DNA from: a virus
Taxonomy: Duplodnaviria > Caudoviricetes
Virus record (IMG/VR): IMGVR_UViG_3300036982_000927
Coordinates: 1 to 64,000 of that record
DNA: 64,000 nt
Direction: 5' to 3' (one strand)
Shown here: positions 44,914-55,419 of the stretch, piece by piece
How the letters are laid out: every line of letters begins with the position of its first letter
Numbering within the stretch: position 1 is the first letter of the stretch
Notes under the pieces: model-generated
Seen by the model: only the letters and a program-made list of their open reading frames with translations
Told to the model about the DNA's origin: nothing
The model's database searches: none
Position numbers and translations under genes: made by a program

Positions 44914-46239
44914 TTACTGGCGCTCGTGCTCCTGCTCGTGCCCGACCACTCCTTCGCTTTCGTCTTCGCAGACGCCAACGTCAGTGTAGCTGTCCGTGCC
45001 GGTGTAAACCAGCGAAGACGTGTCTTCGCAGTCCACGAGGCCCAGGTCAGCCTTGCACCGCTTGTAGAGGATCGGGACAATATGCTGCGGGCGCAGCGGC
45101 TTGTAGGCGCGCGTGATCTGGTATTTGTGCCAGCCGTAATCGCCCCACTGATTGCAGGTGTTGTCAATGACGTAGTGCCATTCCATTTCGCCCATGTGAA
45201 GCTGAGGCGCGAATTTGAAACTGCCTTCGCCGACATACCGCTCGGGCACCAGGCGCTCGAAAGAACCCTCGGCAATCAAGATTCCGACTTCGTAGTCCGC
45301 ATTCAGCCACGACGGATTGGGCTTCGCATAAGCGGTGCCCTTGACGAGATTCTGCACGATGGTAACCGGGTCAACGAGGGCGAGCGTGCCGTTCGCGTTG
45401 AAGCCAGTAGCGCGCAACGGGCGCTGGTCAATACCGAAAGCGATGCCACGGTAAGCCGGGCTCGTCTCGAAACCGTAAGCCGTGAGCATGGTCTTGCCCA
45501 TGTCATAACCACCCTGAGTAAGGGCGACGGCGACGTTGTTCACGCCGACTTCGCTGCGGAAATATTCGACCTGATCCGTTCCACCGATGAAGCGGAAATG
45601 AGGCATGCCCTTGTCAGAGCTATACCATTCAGCGAACAGAACTTCGCGCATGTATCGGGCGATGTAGTGCAGTGCCTTAAAGGTCATCGGACCAGTAGGC
45701 AGCAACCCGCCGGCAAACAGCACCCCGAGGTCAGTCTCGGAGCCGCCCGCAAACAGCGAGTCGAAATCGTAGTTCGCATTCGCGGTAAACTTGGAAGCGC
45801 TCCGCAGGTAAAGCTGGGCACGCACGTCAGCGTTCACATACTGCGTAATGAGCTTCTTCAAGCTGTCCTCGGCCATCGTGTAGCTGCCCTTGAAGGCGGA
45901 GTAGCCTTTCTTAACGCAAATATTCGGACCACGGTTCCGGAAACTTTCCAGGCGAGTCTCGAATTCAATGGTGTCCGTCAGGTCTTGATGGCCCAGGTAA
46001 CCGCACAGGTCCGTGTCACACACGAACGTCGGAATGGCGAGTGAATCGCCGGGGGCCGCCTGCATCTGCACGACGGAACGAATGGCATCGGAAGTTCCGG
46101 ACGGGAAGGTTCCGCCGCCAATCACATTGAGGTAAGGGGAATTCGCAGCCAACGCCTTAGCGATGCTGCCCACAAGTCGGCTGGTGTCCTGCGAAGCAAT
46201 GTTCGAGATTTCCAGCGGAGTATCACAAGTATAAGCCAT
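44914..46239 (-). CDS. Major capsid protein
   Basis: 441 aa, strongly biased codons, follows portal and scaffold, has its own upstream -35 element and a downstream terminator. Confidence 0.75.
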   Translation of the reverse strand: MAYTCDTPLEISNIASQDTSRLVGSIAKALAANSPYLNVIGGGTFPSGTSDAIRSVVQMQAAPGDSLAIPTFVCDTDLCGYLGHQDLTDTIEFETRLESFRNRGPNICVKKGYSAFKGSYTMAEDSLKKLITQYVNADVRAQLYLRSASKFTANANYDFDSLFAGGSETDLGVLFAGGLLPTGPMTFKALHYIARYMREVLFAEWYSSDKGMPHFRFIGGTDQVEYFRSEVGVNNVAVALTQGGYDMGKTMLTAYGFETSPAYRGIAFGIDQRPLRATGFNANGTLALVDPVTIVQNLVKGTAYAKPNPSWLNADYEVGILIAEGSFERLVPERYVGEGSFKFAPQLHMGEMEWHYVIDNTCNQWGDYGWHKYQITRAYKPLRPQHIVPILYKRCKADLGLVDCEDTSSLVYTGTDSYTDVGVCEDESEGVVGHEQEHERQ

Positions 46240-46413
46240 GTGAGTTTCTTTCTACCCGTGCTTTCGGCACAGGATTCATGTTTCTGGTTTAATCTCAACC
46301 GCCACATTAGCGGAAGCACTGCGGACAAACAGCGACTAGTCCTGCCAGGGTGAGCCAACCCCGACGGAGATTTAGGCTCACGAACCCAGTGCAGACTTTC
46401 GGGAAAATGTCAA
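46240..46413 (-). promoter_or_regulatory. Capsid-gene promoter (-35 TTGACA at 46408-46413) and ~145 nt structured 5' leader
   Basis: Hairpins GTGAGCC/GGCTCAC, CCGC/GCGG, CCTGTGC-CGAAA-GCACGGG; no clear -10. Confidence 0.4.
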
Positions 46414-47207
46414 GCAAAATGTAACAACCGCCTCCGAGCCTCTTTAAACAGCGAATCGTCTTTGACCCCGTGCAGGAAGGCAATTCCAGACCAGAACAAC
46501 CGATTGATTTCTGCTTCGGGCATGGTTTGCGCATTCCAATAAGAAAGAAGCCCGGGAAGCTGCGCCCATCCCCACTGCCGAAACTGCGGAGCCAGCCAAA
46601 AGTCCCAACCGGCAGAAGACGCGGCACTCACGATATCCTTTGCAATCCATCGCAGAAACTTCAAATCCGTTGAAAACATCGCATTTCCATTGATATGCTC
46701 CCCGGGAGCCCTCAATAAGGCCCCGGCGACATAGATAGGTTGCACGGTCTGTATGGCGCCCCATTCCCGACAGAAATGTTGCAACCAATCAGGACGCATT
46801 GGGACGCAGTCCGCTTCAAAAGTGAATACCGCCTTGTAATGCTGAAGTTTCTTCATCGTGATCATGTCATAAATCCACGACATGGTCCCAAACCAAAGTT
46901 CGTTGCAACCGTGCGGCCAACCGACGCCACGCCGCCGGCAAGTCGTTGTCCATACGTTGAACTTCCGCGATACGTATTTCACCGCATCGTTGTCCTGGGG
47001 GCAATCGAAGCGGGCCGCAAACAAAAAGTCAGCGTGATCGTTCATACCGGGAGAAAGGTCAGCGATGAACCGGGCCAACTGCATCGCTTGTTCCTTGTCC
47101 CCTTCCCAAAACTGAAGCACAAGTAGAATCTTGGGACTGCTTTTTGTTTTTAAGATCGGTGCCTTAGCACTGGAAGCCCCCCGATAGTTGCTGACTAAAC
47201 GACCCAT
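46410..47207 (-). CDS. Glycosyltransferase-like protein (GT-A fold)
   Basis: FTFEADCVP (DxD-like), HINGNAMF, WDFWL, HGVKDDS. Confidence 0.55.
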   Translation of the reverse strand: MGRLVSNYRGASSAKAPILKTKSSPKILLVLQFWEGDKEQAMQLARFIADLSPGMNDHADFLFAARFDCPQDNDAVKYVSRKFNVWTTTCRRRGVGWPHGCNELWFGTMSWIYDMITMKKLQHYKAVFTFEADCVPMRPDWLQHFCREWGAIQTVQPIYVAGALLRAPGEHINGNAMFSTDLKFLRWIAKDIVSAASSAGWDFWLAPQFRQWGWAQLPGLLSYWNAQTMPEAEINRLFWSGIAFLHGVKDDSLFKEARRRLLHFA

Positions 47208-47208
47208 A

Positions 47209-48117
47209 TTACTTCCGCCTCGTGTTACGAGGTCCATAAACACACGAGCCGATATGACCGCATACAAGCCCCATGTCCACAAAAGGTTGGTGCCCGGCAT
47301 CCTTGGCGCGAGTGCAAAACTGAACGTCCTCGCCCATGCCCAATGAAGAGTTGGCGTGAGCATCAGAAGAAGCCTTCTCCAGCATTTCTAAAGCCTTAAA
47401 AGCCTTTTCACCAGTCATCGGACCTTCGGAAAGCATCTTCCTTGCCCTGTCAATCCAATCCATTGCCGTATGCTCGCTGGTAGAAAACCACTGGCCACCC
47501 CGGCCCCCATTACGGGCCAGGCGAGGGAATTTCTTTTCGAGGTCGAGGTAAACAGAACGATGAACTAACATACAGCCCGTCCCGACCCACTTCGTTGGCT
47601 TGATCAAATTCATCGGCGCCTTGCGGGCAAACTCCGCCTCAGCGGGAATGTTGGCACCCTCGGCATACATAGGCCGCCCCAATTCATGCCGGCCAAAATA
47701 AAGAGCGCCCACCAAAGTCTTTCCATGCGAAAGCAACCGGTCGAGCGCATTCAGCCCAGCAAACTCTGGGGGTAGATTAAATCGCGTGTGCGCATTGAAC
47801 CACTTCGCGTCACCAAAGGGCACGATCATGTCGTCGTCAATCGTCAACATCCATTCCAAGTCGGTTCCGAGAAAAAGATTCGCGCAAGTGTTGCGAGTGT
47901 GGGCCACGAAGGCGTCCCCGTAGTTGAGCAACCGGCCACAACGCCGACGGTCGAAAAGTCCCATCACGGAAAACGCGGTAACCGGGTTGGTGTGTTTCTG
48001 CCACGGCATCGTGAGCATGACCTTCTTAGTCCCCACCGTGACAGTCTGAAAAACCGGAGAAACTACTCCAGGGCCTTCGTCCCGATCACTCTCCGACTCT
48101 AAAACTTCAATAATCAT
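47209..48117 (-). CDS. Glycosyltransferase family 2-like protein
   Basis: RNTCA...WMLTIDDDM, WVGTGCML, GEDVQFC..A..AG...FVD...CGHIG. Confidence 0.75.
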   Translation of the reverse strand: MIIEVLESESDRDEGPGVVSPVFQTVTVGTKKVMLTMPWQKHTNPVTAFSVMGLFDRRRCGRLLNYGDAFVAHTRNTCANLFLGTDLEWMLTIDDDMIVPFGDAKWFNAHTRFNLPPEFAGLNALDRLLSHGKTLVGALYFGRHELGRPMYAEGANIPAEAEFARKAPMNLIKPTKWVGTGCMLVHRSVYLDLEKKFPRLARNGGRGGQWFSTSEHTAMDWIDRARKMLSEGPMTGEKAFKALEMLEKASSDAHANSSLGMGEDVQFCTRAKDAGHQPFVDMGLVCGHIGSCVYGPRNTRRK

Positions 48118-49478
48118 TGAGCGTCGGCCCGTTGGCGTTCCGCAATAATCCGGTCGCGGATCGCGTCCAGAGAATCAGCAGCCCGCGCGCTGAAAATGTC
48201 CTTGCTCATTTTTAGTTCCGTCTTGGCGGGCGACGCCCCGGATTCTTCCAATCGTGTGATGGAAGCCCCCGTAAATTTTTCGAGTTTGACCCGGAGTTTT
48301 TCATTCTCTTGGGACAACGCCTTCTCTTTCGCCTTAAGAGCGTCGTGCCGGTCCTGCAAGTAAAAAAGTTGAGCCATACCGGCCAGCATGACCCCGCGCA
48401 TTTCCGGCGAGTCGTCCGCCAGAGCGTTCGTCAATTGCTGATTCATATCCGCGACAAACTTGTTGTGCCCCGCCACCGCCGCCTTGTCCGCATCCGTCGC
48501 CTTGGCGTCCGAAGTCTTCGTTTTCATCCAATCCAACTTAGCCAAAATCGAATCGAGTTCCCTCTTCGTCGCGGTGTTGTGGCCCGTGCGATTTTCTTCA
48601 AACTGTTTCTGACGTTCCGCAATATACCCGGACACGTTTTTCTTGGCCTCTTCTTGCGCCTGGGCCTTGTTGAACTTCTGAAGTTCAATGTCCGCCAGGC
48701 GGCCCTCGATCAACCGCTGCGCAGTTGGGTCTTGCATGACCTCAAACAGTTTGGCCATCTGCACGTTTTCCGGGCCGTTGTATTTCTTGATCTGCGTAAT
48801 CACGTCTTCCGTGATGTTCGGATTCTTACGCATCTGCGCGTAGATGAACTCATGTGACTGGCTGATAGTCGTGTCGAAACTCTTAAACTTCGGGTCTGCC
48901 TCAATGTCGAATTTGGCCCGAAACTCCCGGAGTTCTTTCAACTCCGCAAGTGTTTCCGCAGGCACTGGACTCTGAAGCTTGGCGTCACGATCCGCAATAT
49001 CCTTTTGCAACTGCTCGATGCGCTTATCGCGCTCCGAGATTTCCTGAGTCGCACGGGCCTTGATCTGCCCAAACGCTTCAGCGGATTTCGGACGGGCTCC
49101 CGGAGGAAGTTGCACGTCACGAAAAATGTCGTCGGGCTTGACCCCAGTATCACCCTTGGCAGCGTCATCGGGTTTCGCGGCGGCGTCGGGTTTCACGGCG
49201 GCGTCTGGCTTCGGAACTACAACTGGTTTCGCCTTCCCTTCGTCCGGCTTAGGCGTTCCGTCTCCTGTGGTGTCCTCCTCGGCCTTCTTTTCGGCGGCGT
49301 CACGCAACTTGTCAAGCGCACTGGCTCCACTGTCAAAAAGCGGATCATCGTGGCCCGCCGTGCTGTGCCCGGAAATATCCTGGCTCTCCAACTTGGCCTT
49401 TACTTCGGCGTTGTTGGCGGCTATGTCCTGCGGAGCTACGTCGCCGCTTTCGGGTTTCTTGTTCAAATCATCTGCCAT
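48114..49478 (-). CDS. Putative capsid scaffolding protein
   Basis: Acidic low-complexity N-terminus, long coiled coils, lies between portal and capsid. Confidence 0.6.
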   Translation of the reverse strand: MADDLNKKPESGDVAPQDIAANNAEVKAKLESQDISGHSTAGHDDPLFDSGASALDKLRDAAEKKAEEDTTGDGTPKPDEGKAKPVVVPKPDAAVKPDAAAKPDDAAKGDTGVKPDDIFRDVQLPPGARPKSAEAFGQIKARATQEISERDKRIEQLQKDIADRDAKLQSPVPAETLAELKELREFRAKFDIEADPKFKSFDTTISQSHEFIYAQMRKNPNITEDVITQIKKYNGPENVQMAKLFEVMQDPTAQRLIEGRLADIELQKFNKAQAQEEAKKNVSGYIAERQKQFEENRTGHNTATKRELDSILAKLDWMKTKTSDAKATDADKAAVAGHNKFVADMNQQLTNALADDSPEMRGVMLAGMAQLFYLQDRHDALKAKEKALSQENEKLRVKLEKFTGASITRLEESGASPAKTELKMSKDIFSARAADSLDAIRDRIIAERQRADAQ

Positions 49479-49480
49479 AA

Positions 49481-49786
49481 TCAGGGTGTGGGTTTTGTGG
49501 GGTTGTCGTTCCAAGCCGAATCATCGTCCAACGGAGGGTAAGACGCCGGCTGTGATTTGATCTCTGGTGCGGGAAAAGCCAGGAGCAAAAGCGCCTGGGC
49601 CGCCTCGGACCAGCCACGAGACTCCCCGCAGCGGATCAAAATTTCGTTGGTGGGTCCGCCCGCGAGCAGCGGGGGCGTGGCTTCAAGCCATTTTTCGACC
49701 AAACGCAATCCCGCACGAGTTTTTAAAAACGTGCGAAACGCGATTGTATCTTCAGAATCCCACTCAGGGATGCCTTTATCATTCAT
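49481..49786 (-). CDS. Hypothetical protein
   Basis: 101 aa immediately downstream of the portal gene. Confidence 0.65.
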   Translation of the reverse strand: MNDKGIPEWDSEDTIAFRTFLKTRAGLRLVEKWLEATPPLLAGGPTNEILIRCGESRGWSEAAQALLLLAFPAPEIKSQPASYPPLDDDSAWNDNPTKPTP

Positions 49787-49806
49787 CGGGGTATAGGTGG
49801 TTTTTT

Positions 49807-51978
49807 TTACGCGGGAACTCCAGGCTGGGCTACCGGTGGTTGGGCGGCCCCGCCCTGTTGCGCGAGTCCCTGCATTATCTGCATCTGTTGATCGTCTTCT
49901 GCATCGAGTTGCTGTGACTGGGCGGCCAACTGCTGCGCCTGCGCGTCCACTTCTTTCAATTTGGCCAGCACCGGGCCGGCTTTCTTAATAACACCCGCCA
50001 CTTCCGCCAGGGCTTCTTTGGGAGCGCCCTGTTGCTCCGCTAAAGTGTAGTGCTCGGTCAAGTGAGCAATCACCGACTCAAAAACTGCGGTGTTGGATTG
50101 GCCCTGCATGACCGCCTGGGCGACTTGCTGCGCCACCGGCATCAAAACTTTCATGTGAATTACGTGCCCGTCACGCGGAGAAACCGGAACCGCCTGCGCC
50201 TGCAAGATCAACGCGAGTTCCATCTGTTGCAACCGCAACTGTTCTGCCTCCTGCGTCGGATCATTCTCGGGAAGAAGCACTCGCTTGGCAAAACTGGCGT
50301 CAAGCCGGGCGGTAATGTCTTCCTTTTCGAGTTGAAGTTGATTGTAAAGAGGATTGCCCCGCTTTTCCGCCGCTACCGCAACCACCTGTTGCCGCTGCAT
50401 TGGCGTCAGGTCGCGAACCGTTCCCGCCACCGGCTGTTTAGCCAGTTCGTCTAGCTCTTCGCGGGTCATAATATCCAGCATTATCTTCTGAAAGGCTTTG
50501 GCATCTTCATCCTTCACGTCCGGGTTGCAAATCCGGCGTTGCATGAGCCCGACCATGTCGGTGAACTGCTCCAAAAAACGAGTGATCTTGGAGTCCTTGA
50601 CTTCCTCTTCCCGAGAAGCGTATAGGTTGACCTCCGCCGCCGTGGTGCGCTCCCCGCCAAACTGCTTTGGCGACACACTGCCAACCAACTGGTCCACGAG
50701 CATCTGAAAATAGGCGTCGAGTTTCAGAAACGGTTCAATGTTGCCATCAACGCGCTGCTCCAGCACGGTCCAGCCGGAGGGCACGATGACCGTGGAGCCC
50801 ACCACACTCATTTTGAATTTGTGGATTTGCCGAATGTCCCCCTGCACCAGGGTCTTGCCCGACAAGATCGCACGGTCCACAACTTCGTTGCGCGTTCGAT
50901 CCTGCATGCCCGCCAGTTCATAAATCTCCCGACCGATACCTTTGGACCCGTGCATCGTCCCATTACCTTTTTGGAACGAGAAGAAAGCCGCGCAGTCGTC
51001 CATCGTGTCGAACCGGTCATCGCGGGCGAAAATAATGTTCAGTTCTGTTCCCGCCAACCGGTAATGGCTGACCTTGCCGGTAACTTCGCGAACGAAAAGC
51101 GAATAGCACTGGATGCTATTGGCCCCGCCTTGGTAACTAGTGCCGACATTCAGTTCCCGCTCCGCGTTTTGATACCAAGTCTCCGTCGTTCCGCCCACCG
51201 AAAGCATTTCCTTGATTTGTGACGGGCAGGCGTTGTTGATCGCCGCGATGGTGTTGGGAACTTCCCAGCCCGCCCCCTTCGCGATCTCAGGTTCGCGGAT
51301 GTATTCGTAAAGTTCATGCGGAAGATAAACTTCTCGAAGCACAATCACCTGGGCCGACCCGACCGTCTGTTTCACTCCGTCGGTGATGAACGATTCGTCG
51401 TGGTTGAAATGCTTCGGCATCCAACGATACTCGTCCAGACACGCTACAATCGAGTGCCCGAACAACGAGTTGTTCATCGCAATGTCCTCTACCAAGGTCC
51501 GCCAGCCTTTGCGGTCGCGGATTACCTTCGTGAGGCCGGCGCGAAAGCGCTCCGTCTTCTCGGCGGAGTTCTGCCACTTGTCGGAAAGCGCCGAGTTGGT
51601 CAAGTATTTGAGCCCATGCACCGCCTCGCTGAAGCGAGGATATGCTTTCTCAATCATCATGGGCAGCGGTTTCGTCGTGAAGTTCTGCCGCCAACCAAGT
51701 CCCTCGCGTTCCAGGGCGGCCTGCTCATACGGGCGCTCCGCGTTGTATTTCGCCATGATGCGAGACGCCACAATGTTGCGAGAGCGGTTGTTCTGGACCA
51801 CTTCAAGAACAATCTCCTTCGCCTGCTTGGGGTCTTTCACCGCGCGCCGCGTCGGCTTTCCAGAAGCGTCAATCTGTGGACTGGAAACTATTCCCTTCTG
51901 GTCGTCCTCAAGTTGTGACGCCGGCTTGACCTCCGACAAATCCGTCGGAAAACTCTCGCGATTGAAATCATCTGCCAT
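49807..51978 (-). CDS. Portal protein
   Basis: ~720 aa, ERTTAAEV motif, Gln-rich helical C-terminal barrel, downstream of TerL. Confidence 0.75.
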   Translation of the reverse strand: MADDFNRESFPTDLSEVKPASQLEDDQKGIVSSPQIDASGKPTRRAVKDPKQAKEIVLEVVQNNRSRNIVASRIMAKYNAERPYEQAALEREGLGWRQNFTTKPLPMMIEKAYPRFSEAVHGLKYLTNSALSDKWQNSAEKTERFRAGLTKVIRDRKGWRTLVEDIAMNNSLFGHSIVACLDEYRWMPKHFNHDESFITDGVKQTVGSAQVIVLREVYLPHELYEYIREPEIAKGAGWEVPNTIAAINNACPSQIKEMLSVGGTTETWYQNAERELNVGTSYQGGANSIQCYSLFVREVTGKVSHYRLAGTELNIIFARDDRFDTMDDCAAFFSFQKGNGTMHGSKGIGREIYELAGMQDRTRNEVVDRAILSGKTLVQGDIRQIHKFKMSVVGSTVIVPSGWTVLEQRVDGNIEPFLKLDAYFQMLVDQLVGSVSPKQFGGERTTAAEVNLYASREEEVKDSKITRFLEQFTDMVGLMQRRICNPDVKDEDAKAFQKIMLDIMTREELDELAKQPVAGTVRDLTPMQRQQVVAVAAEKRGNPLYNQLQLEKEDITARLDASFAKRVLLPENDPTQEAEQLRLQQMELALILQAQAVPVSPRDGHVIHMKVLMPVAQQVAQAVMQGQSNTAVFESVIAHLTEHYTLAEQQGAPKEALAEVAGVIKKAGPVLAKLKEVDAQAQQLAAQSQQLDAEDDQQMQIMQGLAQQGGAAQPPVAQPGVPA

Positions 51979-51982
51979 ACGC

Positions 51983-52273
51983 TTACCAAGTCCCTCCATC
52001 CGCTTTTTTCGTCAACTTCTTTTTGCGCCACACCGCCGGCCAGCGGCCCACGGGACACTTCTCGGTGGCAATCCAGGTCTTGGCAATGATAAAACAGCCG
52101 CACTTGTCGCACTGTTCGCCGTCGGGGGCAAGATGCGGACAATTGAAGCACTCGTCAGTCCGGTATTCCTGCTCGTCCAAAGTCGCTAGGACGCGATACC
52201 CGCGAAGACGAGCCCAGGCCGCCCGGCACACCGCCGCGATGGACCGGGGAAACATGCTGAAACGCAAAATCAT
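51983..52273 (-). CDS. Cys-rich small protein (DUF6171-like)
   Basis: R...CFNCP...CDKCGC...K......CP.G.W. Confidence 0.65.
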   Translation of the reverse strand: MILRFSMFPRSIAAVCRAAWARLRGYRVLATLDEQEYRTDECFNCPHLAPDGEQCDKCGCFIIAKTWIATEKCPVGRWPAVWRKKKLTKKADGGTW

Positions 52274-52854
52274 ACGCCCGTTTTTCGCCAACAGTTTCCC
52301 GGGAGGGCCTCATTAGTGACCCGAACCTCATCGAGAAAAACCGCTGTGGGAAGGTCAACGCCCAACTCTTCACAGGCGCCAAGCCGCTGGTCCATTGCCG
52401 TGATCCGCTGATTGCCCACAACTTTCAGCCGCAGTTCCCGAATCGCCTGCTTGCAGGTGGCACACCCACCAGGAAGTTGTTTTCCACGTGGACAAACAGC
52501 GCAGATATTGGCCCGGGTTCTCGCGGTCGCGTCGTCCACAAAACCAAGCGGACGCGCTTCCCGTATTCGCACAAAAGTTGTAAGCCAGGTCAATACTCGT
52601 CCTTTCAGGGTTGACGGCCTCGGAGCAGGGACAACCTGATTGGCCTCTTTACAAATCCCCGGATTTCTGGCGCACGCTTGGGAAGCCACCTCTGTCACCA
52701 CGTCACCAACCACTCGGCCCGAGTTTAGCCGATACTGAGCCACCTTGCGCGCCACCCCACCCCACGACTTGCCGCGAAACACCGTCCCGTCAGAGTCCCG
52801 AAACACATACCCGCCGCTACCGGACGGGTAAACATTTACATTCACACGAAACAT
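52270..52854 (-). CDS. Cys-rich hypothetical protein
   Basis: R...CAVCP...CATC...C...CW pattern similar to its neighbour. Confidence 0.65.
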   Translation of the reverse strand: MFRVNVNVYPSGSGGYVFRDSDGTVFRGKSWGGVARKVAQYRLNSGRVVGDVVTEVASQACARNPGICKEANQVVPAPRPSTLKGRVLTWLTTFVRIREARPLGFVDDATARTRANICAVCPRGKQLPGGCATCKQAIRELRLKVVGNQRITAMDQRLGACEELGVDLPTAVFLDEVRVTNEALPGNCWRKTGV

Positions 52855-52867
52855 TAAAAGTCTCCTT

Positions 52868-54769
52868 TCATAAGATTGAGTCATCTAAAGAATCAACATG
52901 GTTGGAAGGATCAATCCTCACCAAACCCCCGTCATACCAGCCATCGTCGGCTTCGTCGGGGTCCACTATCTCGCCCTTCATGGACAAAGGAACCCCCAAC
53001 ACCATGCGCGCGACATATACCAACAAAGTGAGCGAATCCGCTTCATCTGGCGAGGGAAATCCACGCGACATATAATCACGTTTGGACTCTACCCGAGACC
53101 GGGCGTTTTGAATTCGGAACTTTCGCTGCGTAAGCTGCTGCGAAAGATTTGTCAAATCCAATTCTGGACTCAACAACAAATACCCAAATTCCGCCCACGC
53201 ACGAAGACCAAACCACAACTCGCTCCACATGCGTTCATACTGTTCTTTGCAGGTCTTCGTGTCCTCCTGCATGAGTTTTCCCCCGGTGCATCCCTCCGAG
53301 TAGTTCACGTCATGAACTGCGGCGGACCACATATGCTTCATCATGTCCGCCACGCCAGCACCGTGCCCCGTTCGATCCACGGCAACGCTCTCAGGGCGAA
53401 CCCCCGCCCGTTTGAAAAAAGTAATCAGCGACTCGGCCACCGCCATTGTCTCCCCCTTGGGCAAGACAAACTGGTGGTCCGCTTGCAAGGCATACCGAGG
53501 AGCCACCTGGCCGCGCGCATCCTTGAACATGATCGTTTGACCTTTTGGATACTCCAACGACGGTATCAACTTCATGCCCGTGGCTTTCCCAAATTTTCCA
53601 AGGGTAGGCACGGTGCCCGCGCCTCCTTCTAACGCCAAGTCGGAGCTTCCAATCGGGGCCGGAGGTTCATACCAAATGAAGGTGCCCCTCATCTTGCCAA
53701 GCATCCCCGGAGGAATAACCGTCAATTCGACGCCCTGCAAAGGGTAGGCCCCCCGACCCATCGTGACGTAGCCAGCGCTCTGTTTTCCGCCGCTATTCCT
53801 GGCGATTGCTTCTAGGCCCGCGCGGGTCTGAATTCCAGGGTAAATCACCTTGCCCGCCTTTACGTTCTCCGACTGTTCGCCGTCTAACCGGAGCACGTCC
53901 CACCCGCGTTTTGACTTCCAGCGATAGTGCGTCTCTAAATCAAACTTCTCCCATCCAAAATCAGGCTCCGCCCGCTTGCCTACTTCATCGTGTTGGTTCG
54001 TCGGATTGTAAGCACCAAACACCTTGAAGCCTCCGTCCCGACCGGTTTCCCCGTCCGTATTCGCCAAGACGTTGTCAATATCCTTCCACAAACCAGCCGG
54101 AACATTCTCGATCTCGTCAATGAATATCATCATCCGGGAAAGAGAACCAAAAAGGGGATGTGCCTCGGGGCGCGGCATCCGTTTGGTGCCTTGCAACCGG
54201 CCCGCCTTTTTCACTCGCCCCACGGGAATCACCACGCCCTTGATCGAACCGAGTTGATCCCTCCGTGACCGCCCGATAAACAGTTCCCCCACCTGGCCGG
54301 GCTGCGGCAGGCTGGCCTTATCGTGTAGCGATACTAAGTGCGAGAACAGGTTTTTTTCCAAATGGTCCTCGCTGGGGCCGACCACATTGACTGAGGTATA
54401 TTCTGGATCGCGCACCCATTCAAGGTAAAGCCTCACCCCCATTGAGTAAGACTTGGTGACGCTGGCGCCGCCCATCAACAGCCCAGTAGAAGTCGAGTCA
54501 AACAACGCCCAAATGTCCTTGGTGAACTGCGGTTCCGCCGTGAACTGATTCGGCTTCCACAACACCGCCGCCGCCTGCGGCATCCGATCTGAGTTGAGCA
54601 GAAAATGCAACCAGTTGGTGAGCGGCGGCAACGTCAACGCCGGATCGTCTGAATCAACCTTCAGATCAATGCGGCACAAATCACACACGCACTGCGCGGC
54701 CTCGCGCCGCTTTTCAGCGTGCAGCAAGGGCACCACCTGGCGGGTAATATCGGCTGCCGCGTCCCGCAT
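52868..54769 (-). CDS. Terminase large subunit
   Basis: GGASVTKS Walker A-like, IFIDE Walker B, RNase H residues SSDLA, VDRTG.G.GV.D, SPDEADSL. Confidence 0.85.
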   Translation of the reverse strand: MRDAAADITRQVVPLLHAEKRREAAQCVCDLCRIDLKVDSDDPALTLPPLTNWLHFLLNSDRMPQAAAVLWKPNQFTAEPQFTKDIWALFDSTSTGLLMGGASVTKSYSMGVRLYLEWVRDPEYTSVNVVGPSEDHLEKNLFSHLVSLHDKASLPQPGQVGELFIGRSRRDQLGSIKGVVIPVGRVKKAGRLQGTKRMPRPEAHPLFGSLSRMMIFIDEIENVPAGLWKDIDNVLANTDGETGRDGGFKVFGAYNPTNQHDEVGKRAEPDFGWEKFDLETHYRWKSKRGWDVLRLDGEQSENVKAGKVIYPGIQTRAGLEAIARNSGGKQSAGYVTMGRGAYPLQGVELTVIPPGMLGKMRGTFIWYEPPAPIGSSDLALEGGAGTVPTLGKFGKATGMKLIPSLEYPKGQTIMFKDARGQVAPRYALQADHQFVLPKGETMAVAESLITFFKRAGVRPESVAVDRTGHGAGVADMMKHMWSAAVHDVNYSEGCTGGKLMQEDTKTCKEQYERMWSELWFGLRAWAEFGYLLLSPELDLTNLSQQLTQRKFRIQNARSRVESKRDYMSRGFPSPDEADSLTLLVYVARMVLGVPLSMKGEIVDPDEADDGWYDGGLVRIDPSNHVDSLDDSIL

Positions 54770-55410
54770 TACAGAGGGCGCCCACACTTTTGGATCGCTT
54801 CAACTTTCGATGCGTAGCCGGCGCCCACGGTGCGACTATGCGAAAAATGAGTCAGCGGAAATCGCTTCCAATCAAATTCGCCAAATTCTCGGGCCACTGC
54901 TTGGTCTGTGTCGCCCAAATCAAGCCCGGTTTGAAGTCGGTTCTGCATTATAAGCATGTCGCTGATGTGATTCTTTTCGGCCTGACAGTCCGCCGGCCAC
55001 TTAGGCACCGGCCCGTATTCCATGATCAAGTCAATCGCGCGAGTGCCCCCGGGAGCAAGCCACGCAATACAGGGCACGTAAGCCTGCTCGGGAATCTCGA
55101 ACGGCAGCGCGCGTATCTGAGGGAAAAAGGCAAAGTTGATCGTGTCCGTATCACACAGCCAACCCCCGCCGGCCCCGTGCAGCGCCAGCCACCGATGGTA
55201 GCAGGCATCTTCATAGGTGCGGTTGTTTGCCGTCGGGTAAGTCGTGATGCGGTCATTAAACTCGTTGAACCGGGGATGCCGTTTGGCATCCTCCAAACCA
55301 AGAATACGCGGTTCCCAGCCGCGACGCCTCCAGGACAGTTCCCAGAGTTGAAGCAGTTCGTCGGGTCGAGGCATGCCGGGAACTGGGGCGTAATACGTGT
55401 TTATAATCAT
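54769..55410 (-). CDS. Glycosyltransferase-like protein (DxD)
   Basis: W..SW...GW.P, CYHRWLA...GGGWLCDTD. Confidence 0.65.
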   Translation of the reverse strand: MIINTYYAPVPGMPRPDELLQLWELSWRRRGWEPRILGLEDAKRHPRFNEFNDRITTYPTANNRTYEDACYHRWLALHGAGGGWLCDTDTINFAFFPQIRALPFEIPEQAYVPCIAWLAPGGTRAIDLIMEYGPVPKWPADCQAEKNHISDMLIMQNRLQTGLDLGDTDQAVAREFGEFDWKRFPLTHFSHSRTVGAGYASKVEAIQKCGRPL

Positions 55411-55419
55411 AGGACAACC

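Noticed and set aside
44926-46044. Long antisense ORFs (for example 44926-46044 +, 6442-7341 -, 33223-34278 +, 55397-56581 +, 18476-19366 +)
   Set aside because: They shadow well-supported genes on the opposite strand, have no motifs and show Arg/Pro/Gly-rich composition typical of GC-rich antisense frames
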